The notes under the pieces: generated by a model
Told to the model about the DNA's origin: nothing
Databases searched by the model: none
Seen by the model: the letters and a program-made list of their open reading frames with translations, nothing else
Position numbers and translations under genes: made by a program
In this document: positions 9,564-19,630 of the stretch, piece by piece
Numbering within the stretch: position 1 is the first letter of the stretch
Layout: each line of letters begins with the position of its first letter
Virus record (IMG/VR): IMGVR_UViG_3300035212_003113
Coordinates: 307,676 to 371,675 of that record
Strand: one strand, 5' to 3'
DNA length: 64,000 nt

Positions 9564-10181
9564 ATGAAGATAGCTGTATGGGGCGCCGACACTTTTGTCG
9601 GCAGTAACATCTGCAACTATATGTTGCAGTATACAAAAAACGATATTTTTGGTGTGTTCGTTGGTCCTCCGCCATATAGGCATATGGAAGGACCGATGCG
9701 CAGTCGTACGAGATTTGATTGGCAGGTGACGACCGATCACCATGATGCTATAGACATGCGCCTCCAGGTCGAGTCGCCGGATCTGATTATCGTCACTACT
9801 CCTGTGCCAGATATGCTTTTCAATCGCTTTGCTACATGCTACGTAGGTCCTGATTTCGAGCAATTGGGGGCATCAAAGATCTTTCTGACGCCAGAACCAT
9901 TTGGTCCTCGTCAGCCGCGTAGCGAGGGTATTGCGAGCATCATCTACTGTGATGATCCACCGGCCGATGCCAGAAAAACAGTAATCTACATAAAGGATCT
10001 GTATGACCAGCTGATGTCTTTTATAGACTCTGGCTCCAAGAATGGCAGCGCAGTCGGCATCGAGACCACCACCAGGGAGCTCTGGAGTATTCCTCGTCTA
10101 GATAAAATTACTGGATCCTCTTTAGAGGCAGCGGTTATTCACACAATCGGGTGGTATTCCTCTAACAAGTGGTTTAAATAA
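9564..10181 (+). CDS. shortened NAD-dependent epimerase/dehydratase-like (RfbB-like) protein
   Basis: MKIAVWGADTFVGSN, PFGPRQP, IYIKD, LEAAVIHTIGWY; only 205 aa; LGASK at the YxxxK position. Confidence 0.6.
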   Translation: MKIAVWGADTFVGSNICNYMLQYTKNDIFGVFVGPPPYRHMEGPMRSRTRFDWQVTTDHHDAIDMRLQVESPDLIIVTTPVPDMLFNRFATCYVGPDFEQLGASKIFLTPEPFGPRQPRSEGIASIIYCDDPPADARKTVIYIKDLYDQLMSFIDSGSKNGSAVGIETTTRELWSIPRLDKITGSSLEAAVIHTIGWYSSNKWFK

Positions 10182-11528
10182 ATGGAGATTTCAGTAAAAA
10201 AGAACAAGATGGAGTTTACTAGGAACCCGGACTCAGACGCCGAGTTTCTTGCTGCTCTACAAGCAGATCACGCCGCTAAACGGGGTACTGCAGAAGAAAT
10301 TCCGAAGGAGAAAGCAATGAAGATTGGAACACGCCAGCACGTTAGTCTAAGGTTTGGAGTGGTCGGCAGCGGACAGGCTGGCGGACGCATGGCCGAGGTC
10401 TTTCACAAGTTTGGCTATGATGCATGTGCCATCAATACTGCGAAGCAAGATCTCGATACTCTTGCTATCCCAGAAGCTCGCCGGTTGCTACTAGATTATA
10501 CAATTAGCGGCAGTGGCAAGGATATCGAGATTGGTCAGGCAGCCATCGTAAATAATACCGAGCAAGTTTCTGAGTTTATAGGTCCGGTCCTGGAGAACTG
10601 CGATGTTGCAGTACTGACGCTATCACTAGGTGGCGGTAGCGGCAGTGGTAGCGCCGTACCAATGGTAGAACTACTCGCCGAGCTAGGCAAGCCGCTGCTT
10701 GTGCTTTGTGCGCTACCGGGCAGCTTTGATGACAGTCAGAGCAAATTCAATGCTACTGCTACACTCAGCCGTCTTGCAGAGTTCTCACAGCGTGGCATCG
10801 TAAATAGCCTTATTGTTATCGATAATGCAAAGATTGAGAACTCATTTCCTAGTCTCTCGCCATCGAAGTTCTGGGAAGTCAGTAATCGCAGCTCCATTGA
10901 ACCACTGCATCTTTTTAACACGGTCACTGCTATTCCCTCTGATCTAGAGGTCATGGATGCCATGGATCTAAGTCGCGCTCTCCTTGAGGCCGGCAGCTGC
11001 GCACTCTTTGGGAGCATGAGCATCTCAAAGGAGGAGTATGAACGCGATGACTCTGCTCTGCTCACCTCGATGATTCGCAAGCTGAGCGATGCTCTGCCGG
11101 CCGATGACTTTGACCTAAAGGAGGCGCAGGCCGTAGGTATCCTTGTAACTGCCAAGAAGGAAGTGCTTGATACGATTCCATATGCAAATATCGCGTACCT
11201 CTTTAAGTACGTCTCGGATGAGTTTGATTCATCGCGGTCATTCAAGGGTATCTATTCTGTTAGCCCAGAAGACGATTCAGACGACATCAAGGTCAGCTTT
11301 ATCTTCAGTGGCATGGGCCTTCCTACTCGCCGTATCGATGAGCTAAAGAAAGATGCTGACAAGCATCTCTCAAAGATCGAGGAGAAGCGCAAGAAGACGG
11401 CCGCCGGGATGCAAATGGGCACTGGCAAGACCTCTGTTAGCAAGGCCGATCAGATGATTGCAAAGGCCAAGCAGCAGCAGAGCGCAATTGGTAAGTTGCT
11501 TGGAAACAAGGTAGATCGCAAGCGATAG
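10182..11528 (+). CDS. tubulin/FtsZ-family GTPase (CetZ/TubZ/PhuZ-like) with a basic C-terminal tail
   Basis: GVVGSGQAGGRMA, AINTAKQDL, GSGKD, SLGGGSGSG signature, IVIDN; true start may be internal (MKIGTRQ). Confidence 0.9.
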   Translation: MEISVKKNKMEFTRNPDSDAEFLAALQADHAAKRGTAEEIPKEKAMKIGTRQHVSLRFGVVGSGQAGGRMAEVFHKFGYDACAINTAKQDLDTLAIPEARRLLLDYTISGSGKDIEIGQAAIVNNTEQVSEFIGPVLENCDVAVLTLSLGGGSGSGSAVPMVELLAELGKPLLVLCALPGSFDDSQSKFNATATLSRLAEFSQRGIVNSLIVIDNAKIENSFPSLSPSKFWEVSNRSSIEPLHLFNTVTAIPSDLEVMDAMDLSRALLEAGSCALFGSMSISKEEYERDDSALLTSMIRKLSDALPADDFDLKEAQAVGILVTAKKEVLDTIPYANIAYLFKYVSDEFDSSRSFKGIYSVSPEDDSDDIKVSFIFSGMGLPTRRIDELKKDADKHLSKIEEKRKKTAAGMQMGTGKTSVSKADQMIAKAKQQQSAIGKLLGNKVDRKR

Positions 11529-11533
11529 AGAAC

Positions 11534-11563
11534 AGGCCGGCTCCCGCCGGCCTTTCTATTTTT
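11534..11563 (+). terminator. intrinsic terminator after the tubulin gene
   Basis: AGGCCGGC-TCCC-GCCGGCCT followed by TTCTATTTTT. Confidence 0.8.
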
Positions 11564-11579
11564 ATTAGATAAGTCTTTT

Positions 11580-12038
11580 ATGAAGCTAAGCAAATGGTCG
11601 TTATATTACCAACCACTTGCATTAGATAATTTCGACAGTTTTCGCCAGGAGTTCCGTGACAGTAATCAACTGTTCTACACTCCTCAGTACGACAATGCCC
11701 TGCTCGCTATGTGGACAGCTGCTTGCGAGGCTATGGACAAAATTCAAACAGCCAATATGCAGCGCTGGCTGCCAGCAGACATATACTTCAATATGTCTGC
11801 TTTTTCATCTGTTTGGTTTTTTTCGTTGCACATTAAGCAACCGCTGCTGTCAATGCTAGATATGCGATGCATCCGCTGTTCGGTACCAACTATCCGTGGG
11901 CGAGTGCGGAATGAGCCAACGCCAATAAGCGTGGCGTTATATCTTTCTGGAGTTCAGCCGTCTGATGTTACTCTGCTGCGCCATCTACTTCCAACTGCAC
12001 AGATAGATGGCAATGAGGTTACCATTTACGTAGATTAG
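11580..12038 (+). CDS. hypothetical protein, MKL-signature N-terminus
   Basis: 152 aa, starts MKLSKWSL. Confidence 0.6.
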   Translation: MKLSKWSLYYQPLALDNFDSFRQEFRDSNQLFYTPQYDNALLAMWTAACEAMDKIQTANMQRWLPADIYFNMSAFSSVWFFSLHIKQPLLSMLDMRCIRCSVPTIRGRVRNEPTPISVALYLSGVQPSDVTLLRHLLPTAQIDGNEVTIYVD

Positions 12039-12060
12039 TAGGTCGGATGTAAAAATCCGT

Positions 12061-13533
12061 ATGCCTAATGTTGAAATAAAAGTATTTAACTGCCACGCAG
12101 AGATTGACGGCGAGCTGCAGCAGGGTGAAATCGATACGCTTGGTCGTGCTCTAAGTTACACCCAGGCAAATTCAAGATACAGCTTTGCATATAAATCTGG
12201 TCATTGGGATGGCCGAGTACGCCTCCTCAATAGACAGCTACAGTTCCCAGCTGGACTGGTGGACGAAGTAGTTAGAGTTCTGGCAGGATTTGGAATTGTA
12301 CCTCAAGTCACCGATTGTCGCAAAGGCATCTCTCACTCTCCTGTCGCGGACTGGCAAGGCCACCCGCTGCGGGACTATCAGCAAAGAGCTGTAGAGCGAG
12401 CACTTGATGTCGGCCGTGGCACAATGAAGATGGCCACTGGCGCCGGCAAGACAACCGTGATCGCCGCACTATGCGGGGCATACAACACTCAGACAGTGGT
12501 GTATGTCGTAAGCCTTGACTTGCTCACACAGGTAAAAGAAACAATCGAGACCTGTCTTGGTATTCCAGTAGGCCTTGTCGGCGGCGGCAATTGCAGTCTT
12601 GAAAAGATTACTGTATGCAGCGTGTGGAGTGCTGCAGCTGCGTATAATACAAAAGACGACGCAGACTCAGAAGAGGACGTAGCAGAGGATAAGTGGAGTC
12701 CTTCTGACGAACAAAAAAAGAATATCCGTGATATGGTCGAGGCAGCCAGACTTGTCATTCTAGACGAATCGCAATTTGCTGCAGCTGCCTCTATCCAAGC
12801 GATAATGAAAAATTCAAAATCTGCCGCTAACCGCTTTGGATTCTCTGGTACGCCATGGCGCAGTGATGGCGCAGATATCCTGCTGACTGCGGCATTTGGC
12901 GGTAACATTGTAGACATTCGTGCTTCTGATCTAATAGAGCTAGGATGGCTTGTTGAGCCACGTATAGCGTTTCGCGACATACCTGCAGACTTCAAGCTGC
13001 CCAAGAAGTGGGCAGATGTCAAAAAAGCATATATAGTTGAGAACGAAGTCAGGAATCATCTGCTTGTGCAGAATACTTGCAAGCTGCTGGATCTAGGTCG
13101 CAAGCCACTGCTGTTGTTCCGAGACATAAAGCACGGTCGCATGCTAGAAGAAATGTTGCCAGATGGTATCCGCTACGAGATGGTAACTGGAGCTCTTGCG
13201 ATGGATGAGCGCGAGCGTATCAAATCCCAGTTCAAAGCCGGCAAAATAGACTTGGTACTTGCTTCATCTGTATTTGACCAGGGCATCGACTTGCCTGCGC
13301 TTGATGCACTTGTGCTTGCTGGTGGTGGCAAGTCTACGGCAAAAGCACTGCAGCGTATTGGCCGAGTAATACGGGCTGCACCAGGCAAGACAGACGCACT
13401 TGTGCTAGAGACCTGGGATCAGTCGCATTTTGTCAAGAAGCATTCGTCTGCCAGATATGAGGCGTATCGTCTTGAGAGTAGGTTCAAGATCTCTGCTGGG
13501 CCTGAGATGCAGGCTACAATAGGAAAGAAATGA
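12061..13533 (+). CDS. superfamily 2 helicase (UvsW/XPB-like)
   Basis: LRDYQ Q-motif, ATGAGKT, DESQ, GFSGTP, GIDLP, QRIGRVIR. Confidence 0.9.
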   Translation: MPNVEIKVFNCHAEIDGELQQGEIDTLGRALSYTQANSRYSFAYKSGHWDGRVRLLNRQLQFPAGLVDEVVRVLAGFGIVPQVTDCRKGISHSPVADWQGHPLRDYQQRAVERALDVGRGTMKMATGAGKTTVIAALCGAYNTQTVVYVVSLDLLTQVKETIETCLGIPVGLVGGGNCSLEKITVCSVWSAAAAYNTKDDADSEEDVAEDKWSPSDEQKKNIRDMVEAARLVILDESQFAAAASIQAIMKNSKSAANRFGFSGTPWRSDGADILLTAAFGGNIVDIRASDLIELGWLVEPRIAFRDIPADFKLPKKWADVKKAYIVENEVRNHLLVQNTCKLLDLGRKPLLLFRDIKHGRMLEEMLPDGIRYEMVTGALAMDERERIKSQFKAGKIDLVLASSVFDQGIDLPALDALVLAGGGKSTAKALQRIGRVIRAAPGKTDALVLETWDQSHFVKKHSSARYEAYRLESRFKISAGPEMQATIGKK

Positions 13534-14240
13534 AAAAACAAGATTTTGGAATTCATGCGCCCAAGACCTGTGGTGGCGCGCTTGTTGCTGCATTTACAGA
13601 AAACAATTTGCCATACCTGGAGTGTGATCGCTGTAGTCATCGCATAGATGACTGGATTCGCTGGGCAGAAAAATACTCTGTAATGTGGCAGGACACAGAG
13701 GCTTGGAATGACTCCAAGAACCACATCTCGTGCCTGCTTGGCTATTTTTGTCACAAATACCAAGAATCATATGGCATGCCATATACCCTCAGCCTTTCTC
13801 CACAGGGCTTGTTCCGCGGCTCTGAGGCAGTCTTCTGTCGTCGGCTACTCGCTAGCTTTGCTAATTCTGTTACAGAGGCCCGCGACTATGTCGACTGGTA
13901 CTTTGTCAACAAGGTGCAGTCTCGGAAGAAGAAGGTTACAAGCATGAGCGTGCTGCTTGTGCCGAATGTTATCGGCCTATTCAAGCACCAGGCTGCCAAG
14001 AAGCAGCGCATTACGCGATCCACTCCGGTGCCGCTAAAGATGTTAGACTGGATTAAAGACAATGCCCCTACTGTTCTCTCTATGACGCAGCTCATTGACT
14101 TTGGCGATTTGCAGCAGCTACTACGTGCAGCTCCTAATCGTCGTGCAGCCAGCGAGGACCTGGATCGCTTTATCCAAGAGCTGTACAAGAAGAAGCTAAT
14201 AGACAATGACCTAAATATTCAGGGTTTGGAAGCAGAATGA
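13530..14240 (+). CDS. hypothetical protein with N-terminal Cys cluster, inside the replication module
   Basis: H-x3-TCGG...ECDRC; 4-nt overlaps with both neighbours. Confidence 0.65.
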   Translation: MKKQDFGIHAPKTCGGALVAAFTENNLPYLECDRCSHRIDDWIRWAEKYSVMWQDTEAWNDSKNHISCLLGYFCHKYQESYGMPYTLSLSPQGLFRGSEAVFCRRLLASFANSVTEARDYVDWYFVNKVQSRKKKVTSMSVLLVPNVIGLFKHQAAKKQRITRSTPVPLKMLDWIKDNAPTVLSMTQLIDFGDLQQLLRAAPNRRAASEDLDRFIQELYKKKLIDNDLNIQGLEAE

Positions 14241-14920
14241 AAAAAATAGTACTGGATACAAAACGCAATCAGGTGTTTTTTGCCGAGGAGATTCGTCAGG
14301 ATGGCGACTCTGTTGTTGCGGTATGTGGCAGCAAACTGCGCACGATTCAACTGGACAAGATCGCGTACATCGAGGACCTCGGCGATGAGCCTGTCACTAG
14401 AGAGATCGAGCCTCAAGATGAAGATACGGCGGTTACAAAATCGGCTGCTCCGCAGCCTGTTGTCGGCGCTGCACCACAACACATAAAGCTGCCGTCTTCG
14501 TTTGCACAGGCAGTAGAGAAGCGGCTGCGCGATGCCCCTCCGCCTGAACCATTTGATGATCATCCTTCAGTGGATGCCACATCACGCGTAACGGTTGAGC
14601 TAGTCGGTTCTGCATCAGGAGCATATGACGTACTCACTGATGCCGATTCTCTGGCGGCCGAGCACGTAAAGGAGCGGCTTGTCTCGGATATATTTTCAAA
14701 TGCCGTGCTAAAGGACAGTTTGCGTTCACACAATGTTGTCGGCATCACTAAGAGCGGTAATACTGTGACGTTGGATTGCAGGCAGAAGCCACCGATTCAG
14801 CCGCCAGCAGTAAGTGCGTCAGTAGCCAGTCTGGTGAATAATATCGTAGGTCTAGTTACCCCATCAGTAAAACTACCGGATCTTCCGTTACAGGTACCAA
14901 ATGAGGATAACCAAAAATAA
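14237..14920 (+). CDS. hypothetical protein with Pro-rich linkers
   Basis: 227-aa operonic ORF. Confidence 0.65.
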   Translation: MKKIVLDTKRNQVFFAEEIRQDGDSVVAVCGSKLRTIQLDKIAYIEDLGDEPVTREIEPQDEDTAVTKSAAPQPVVGAAPQHIKLPSSFAQAVEKRLRDAPPPEPFDDHPSVDATSRVTVELVGSASGAYDVLTDADSLAAEHVKERLVSDIFSNAVLKDSLRSHNVVGITKSGNTVTLDCRQKPPIQPPAVSASVASLVNNIVGLVTPSVKLPDLPLQVPNEDNQK

Positions 14921-15548
14921 AGCACGGGCATTCATGGATCAGCACCGGCTCACGATGCAGCAGCACCAGTTCGTCGATGCTATGGCAGACTCCAATATTC
15001 CAGTGGCGTACTGGCTGCTCCCGATGAGCAGCTTTGTTGGTTCAGAGGATATAAAGCGCACAGTCTTGCAGTATGTGCAAGAACTAAAGGGCAACTACAA
15101 TGATGGTCGCGGTTTTATCTTTGCCGGTCCGTATGGCGTAGGAAAGACTTATGGCATGTGCAGCGTCCTGAAGACTGCTCTACGTGCCGGTTACTCGACG
15201 TACTATACATCTATGACTGATATGTCGTTGTATGTCGGCTCACGAGCAACCCGCGACGAATACCTTAAGCTGTGCACCAAGTCAGATTTTCTTGCATTTG
15301 ACGAGCTTGATAGCCGGCACATCCCTACCTCTGATGAGGCCCGGGCATTCTTCGGGTCTGCGGTAGAGAAGATTATTCGTGAGCGTGTACAGAACAAACT
15401 ACCTACTCTGTTTGCAACAAATCACGAGTCACTTAAGCCGGTATTTGATGGCCAGTATGGTCGCGCTATTTTGAGCCTACTTGCTCCTGTGAGCGAGACG
15501 ATTACCGCACTCGGGCTAGACTTTAGGCAGGGACGAGGACGTCAGTGA
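14901..15548 (+). CDS. DnaC/IstB-like AAA+ ATPase (helicase loader candidate)
   Basis: Walker A GPYGVGKT, Walker B LAFDELD, RERVQNKLPTLFATN. Confidence 0.85.
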   Translation: MRITKNKARAFMDQHRLTMQQHQFVDAMADSNIPVAYWLLPMSSFVGSEDIKRTVLQYVQELKGNYNDGRGFIFAGPYGVGKTYGMCSVLKTALRAGYSTYYTSMTDMSLYVGSRATRDEYLKLCTKSDFLAFDELDSRHIPTSDEARAFFGSAVEKIIRERVQNKLPTLFATNHESLKPVFDGQYGRAILSLLAPVSETITALGLDFRQGRGRQ

Positions 15549-15961
15549 AGAGCGGTAGAGATATGCTACGCCGGCTACGGCATCGCGCCCTGGCCAGGGG
15601 GATCGGTTTTTCACTTTCTAGACCTGTGCTCAAAAAGATGCTTAAATGTGTTAACTGCCCGATATGCGGAGTAGCTTTCGTAAACGAGCAGAACCACGAG
15701 TACGAGATATCTATAGATCGCATTGTCCCTGCTCTTGGATATACAGATGCCAACACTGCTGCGATATGCAGAACGTGCAATGGCCTAAAGGCAGACCTTG
15801 ATCCAGAGCGTCTGGATGCAAAAGGCCACGGATACATTGCTACATGGGTGCGGGACACAGCTGCTGCGCGCGGCTTGCCACTGCGACTGACTCTAGCTGT
15901 TCGTACCCGCCGGGCACTTGCTCATTTTTTAAGACAGTTTGCTTCAAAGATAGAGGGCTAA
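15545..15961 (+). CDS. HNH-like Zn-binding endonuclease
   Basis: CPICG...SIDRIVPALGYTDAN...CRTCNGLK. Confidence 0.7.
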   Translation: MKSGRDMLRRLRHRALARGIGFSLSRPVLKKMLKCVNCPICGVAFVNEQNHEYEISIDRIVPALGYTDANTAAICRTCNGLKADLDPERLDAKGHGYIATWVRDTAAARGLPLRLTLAVRTRRALAHFLRQFASKIEG

Positions 15962-15962
15962 G

Positions 15963-17513
15963 ATGAAAGTAGAAAAGATTGATGGCATCATGCTAAAGTA
16001 TGCCTTTAGCGGACGCCGGTACATGCTTGATATGATCAATCGTGGTATTCGCAGCGAGTACTTTGCTCCAGGTGCTGATGCAGTATTCCGCATTCTTTTT
16101 GAGATCTTCACTGATCCCACTGTCAACTCAGTCATCTCACAGGAAGCTTTCACTGAGCACTGCAACCGCCTGAGGCTGACAGAGACTGCGGCGTTCGCTG
16201 AGTCGATGTTCAAGAAGATGACCTCTCTCAATACAAGTGACACAGACTTCCCATTCTATATGAAGGAGTTCCGTGATCGCCATAACCTGGTTGTTGCGCG
16301 CAAGTATATAGATTCTATCTCTGAGGCATTGGGCTCTGGTGCAAAGGCAGATGATCTAAATGAGATGTATCACAAGGCTTGGAATGAGATCGCTGCACTT
16401 AACCGTGTAGAGGTCTTTGACGAAGGTAGCCTTGGTAATGATATGACTAATATGCGGGCGGAGTACGAGGCTGTGAGAAAGGATCCTCATGGCTACCGCG
16501 GCGTCACGGTAGGACTACCTAGCCTTGACAATCTTACCAACGGCTTTCAGCCATCAGAGCTCATTATTGTGGCAGGTATGGAGGGCACCGGCAAGAGCCT
16601 TGTCATGATGAACATGGGCATTAATGCCTGGCTTGGCACAAATCGGATTGGTCGCGAGATCCTGCCGACTGGCAAGAATGTCCTGTACTTTACCCTGGAA
16701 ATGCCGCGCAGCAATCGTGGAAAGTTCGGTACTGCTGGTTATTTGAATCGCCGCATCCTGAGTTCTGTTGCTGAGGTGCCCTTTAGTAGTTTACGCAAGT
16801 CGCAGTTGAATCCAACAGAAGAGAAAAAACTGATGGACGCAATCGACTTTATTGCGGAATACGATAAGCATAATAAGTTCTATGTAGTCGACATCCCGCG
16901 TGGCGCTACTGTAGAGGATATCGAGATTAAATTCCAGGAGCTGCGTGAGAAGTTCCCGGTGCACCTAGTCATCATAGATTACATGGGTATTATGGCCGGC
17001 TCCACTACTGGTAAAGGCGATGATGCAGACTGGCAGGCACAGGGACAAATTGCCTCGGGTCTCCATGAGTTCGCCCGGTCGTTTTCTGTTCCGGTAATTA
17101 CTGGCGTCCAGGTAAACCGTCCACAGGGCAAGAATAACTCCCTAAAGGACCAGAATTACAATACTACTCGTATTGCCCGTTCTGCCCAGATCAGCCAGAA
17201 TGCTAACATCGTAATGCAGATCGGTTGTCGCGACCAGGAAGAAAATTACATGGATATGCCCATGTACCTGACCAAGATGCGCGATGGCAACAAAGGGCTG
17301 CTAACTTTTACAAAGGGCTTTGACAAGATGCGCATATATGACGGGGCGCCCTCTACCCCCGCCGAGCTGGATCGCTTTGAGGATGCGCTACCTGCCCCAT
17401 CACCCATTTCGGCCACGCCGCAGGACCTGGGCGAGTATGAGATTAGTAGTTCGCCGAAGTTGGATTTTGGCGATGGTGATGGAGAGTTTAATTACTCTGA
17501 AGCAGATTTTTGA
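15963..17513 (+). CDS. dnaB: DnaB-like replicative helicase
   Basis: AGMEGTGKS, FTLEM, IIDYMG, QVNR, KMRDG motifs; 516 aa. Confidence 0.9.
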   Translation: MKVEKIDGIMLKYAFSGRRYMLDMINRGIRSEYFAPGADAVFRILFEIFTDPTVNSVISQEAFTEHCNRLRLTETAAFAESMFKKMTSLNTSDTDFPFYMKEFRDRHNLVVARKYIDSISEALGSGAKADDLNEMYHKAWNEIAALNRVEVFDEGSLGNDMTNMRAEYEAVRKDPHGYRGVTVGLPSLDNLTNGFQPSELIIVAGMEGTGKSLVMMNMGINAWLGTNRIGREILPTGKNVLYFTLEMPRSNRGKFGTAGYLNRRILSSVAEVPFSSLRKSQLNPTEEKKLMDAIDFIAEYDKHNKFYVVDIPRGATVEDIEIKFQELREKFPVHLVIIDYMGIMAGSTTGKGDDADWQAQGQIASGLHEFARSFSVPVITGVQVNRPQGKNNSLKDQNYNTTRIARSAQISQNANIVMQIGCRDQEENYMDMPMYLTKMRDGNKGLLTFTKGFDKMRIYDGAPSTPAELDRFEDALPAPSPISATPQDLGEYEISSSPKLDFGDGDGEFNYSEADF

Positions 17514-17559
17514 CTCTAATAATTGTAATGCAAGTGATGTGGGAGTTATCCCGCCATAA

Positions 17560-17913
17560 ATGACAAAAGAATTTAACGAAATACTCGTTGTCGACCGAAA
17601 TGACCTGGCTCAAGTAGTCAGTGATCATCGTCGCCGGTGGGTTTTTCGCATTTTGGGGCGCAGCGGCGTAGATATAGCGGCTGCCAAGTCATTGTACCCA
17701 GAAACCGAGGAGATAGTATTAAGAGCTTGGTCGGATTTCCTAATAAGGTACGACTTAGAGCTCTTTTACTACATAAAGGAGCAGGAGCTGCGGCTTTGGA
17801 ATGCGGCATCCAGCAGAGTTCTAGGCTTTTGGCGCGAGCCAAAGCCTGTGAGGAGTAAGGCTCATAGACCTGATCAGAGTGTAGTTTTGTTTACGTATTC
17901 TGAGCCAGTTTAG
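17560..17913 (+). CDS. hypothetical protein
   Basis: 117-aa ORF, GGGAG upstream. Confidence 0.55.
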   Translation: MTKEFNEILVVDRNDLAQVVSDHRRRWVFRILGRSGVDIAAAKSLYPETEEIVLRAWSDFLIRYDLELFYYIKEQELRLWNAASSRVLGFWREPKPVRSKAHRPDQSVVLFTYSEPV

Positions 17914-17925
17914 CCGGAGAATAAT

Positions 17926-19173
17926 TTGAAATACTTGGTTGATACTAACATCTTGCTGTCTTATCCTGAATTCGTTACGCAGCCATCCATTGAGGTAATT
18001 CTAACCTATAGCGTTATTTGCGAGCTAGATAAGAAAAAGTATGAGCCGGGTACTATTGGCCTTGCTAGCAGGCAGGTCAGCAAGTGGCTGGACCGCGCCA
18101 GGACCGAGGGCGACCTTGCTGCTGGAGTAGATACAGAGTACGGCAACAAAGCTTATGTCATAATGGATCAGGAGCTCGGCCTGCCAACTGACGATGCTCT
18201 GGTGGCTATCGGAAGCCAGCTGTGCGAGGCTGGTGCCGACTTTGTGCTGCTTAGCAATGATATAAATGTACGCATCAAGGCAGCTCTGTCGGGGGTAAAG
18301 ACGGCAGGCTGGGGTTCTGGTCTGGCCTCCAAGGTAGAGTATCAGGCGATCCGCGAGATCATGGTTTCGGATGACATAATTAATCTTTTTTATGCGAATG
18401 GTCGTCTGGACCCACTAGAGGGATGGGATATAGTAAAAAATAGCTATGTCATGTTGCGCTCAGAGATCCGCACGACTACCACTGCTATTGGCTTTTTCAA
18501 CGGCCAGGACATGCAGGTAATTACCGGCAAGAATGGCATGTTTGGGATCAAGCACAAGAACGTAGATCAGATGTGCGCTATCGACGCGCTGGGCCGCGAG
18601 AACGTCCCGCTGGTTACGCTTGTGGGTAAAGCAGGCAGCGGCAAGACGCTGCTTGCCATAGCTGCAGCTCTTGATGCAATGCTTGAAAAGCGCAGCGTAG
18701 AGAAGATCATGCTTGTTCGTCCACCTATTCCCATGGGCAAAGATATCGGCTACTTGCCGGGTTCCGAGGCCGAAAAAATGGCAGCCTGGGCTGGTCCACT
18801 TTACGACAACCTTGACGTCATGATGAAGGGCAAGGGCAAGAATCTCGAGATGTATATCGAGAGTGGCGCTATCGAAGTGGTTCCGCCAACCTTCATGCGC
18901 GGTCGTTCTCTTAACAAGACTTTCGTCATTCTTGATGAAGGCCAATCTCTAACCCGTCACGAGATGAAGACGATTGCAACCCGCATTGGCGAGGGCTCTA
19001 GGCTTGTTGTAACAGGAGACCTTGAGCAGATCGACAATCCGCGCGTAAGCGCAACAGACAACGGTCTTGCGGTATTGGTCGAAACCTTCAGAGGTACGCA
19101 GTGGGGCATCTGCCTCAACCTAGTCAAGGGCGAGCGCAGCGACTTCGCAGCTGCAGCAGCAGAATTGATGTGA
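17926..19173 (+). CDS. phoH: PIN-domain PhoH-family protein
   Basis: PIN start YLVDTNILL...DD...ND; GKAGSGKT, GYLPG, RGRS, DEGQ, GDLEQID; TTG start after GGAG. Confidence 0.9.
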   Translation: MKYLVDTNILLSYPEFVTQPSIEVILTYSVICELDKKKYEPGTIGLASRQVSKWLDRARTEGDLAAGVDTEYGNKAYVIMDQELGLPTDDALVAIGSQLCEAGADFVLLSNDINVRIKAALSGVKTAGWGSGLASKVEYQAIREIMVSDDIINLFYANGRLDPLEGWDIVKNSYVMLRSEIRTTTTAIGFFNGQDMQVITGKNGMFGIKHKNVDQMCAIDALGRENVPLVTLVGKAGSGKTLLAIAAALDAMLEKRSVEKIMLVRPPIPMGKDIGYLPGSEAEKMAAWAGPLYDNLDVMMKGKGKNLEMYIESGAIEVVPPTFMRGRSLNKTFVILDEGQSLTRHEMKTIATRIGEGSRLVVTGDLEQIDNPRVSATDNGLAVLVETFRGTQWGICLNLVKGERSDFAAAAAELM

Positions 19174-19189
19174 AAGATTGAGCCTTTAA

Positions 19190-19621
19190 ATGAAGCTAGA
19201 TAGTTATGGGATATACTTCCTAGGCCAAGCAGCAATGCGAAGGATGCCCGTCTCTCATCTAATAGATTCATTTAAAGGCTCATCTTTGGGCTGGGATCGC
19301 GAGCAAGCTATTCGCCTTGAATGGCTAAAAAAGCAATATCCCGAGTACCACAAACTGGTGACGACAGGAGACATAGATGGTTCTATGTTATTCCTGTCTT
19401 CTTCCAATATAGAAGACAGTAGCATAAAAGAAGGTCAGCGCTGCGCTGTATGGGTAAATGGTCACAGAGCTGGCACTGCTGAATATCAGCAAGGACGGGA
19501 ATACAGCAAGATCATAGTGTCCTTGTTTGTCGATATGCGATGGGCAGAGGGAATTCTGGTTTCAGAATATCCGCAGTTTAAATCTAATCTTGGTAAGCTG
19601 ACCTGGGTCAGGCGGCACTGA
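19190..19621 (+). CDS. hypothetical protein, MKL-signature N-terminus
   Basis: 143 aa, starts MKLDSYGI. Confidence 0.6.
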   Translation: MKLDSYGIYFLGQAAMRRMPVSHLIDSFKGSSLGWDREQAIRLEWLKKQYPEYHKLVTTGDIDGSMLFLSSSNIEDSSIKEGQRCAVWVNGHRAGTAEYQQGREYSKIIVSLFVDMRWAEGILVSEYPQFKSNLGKLTWVRRH

Positions 19622-19630
19622 AGGGCAAAA

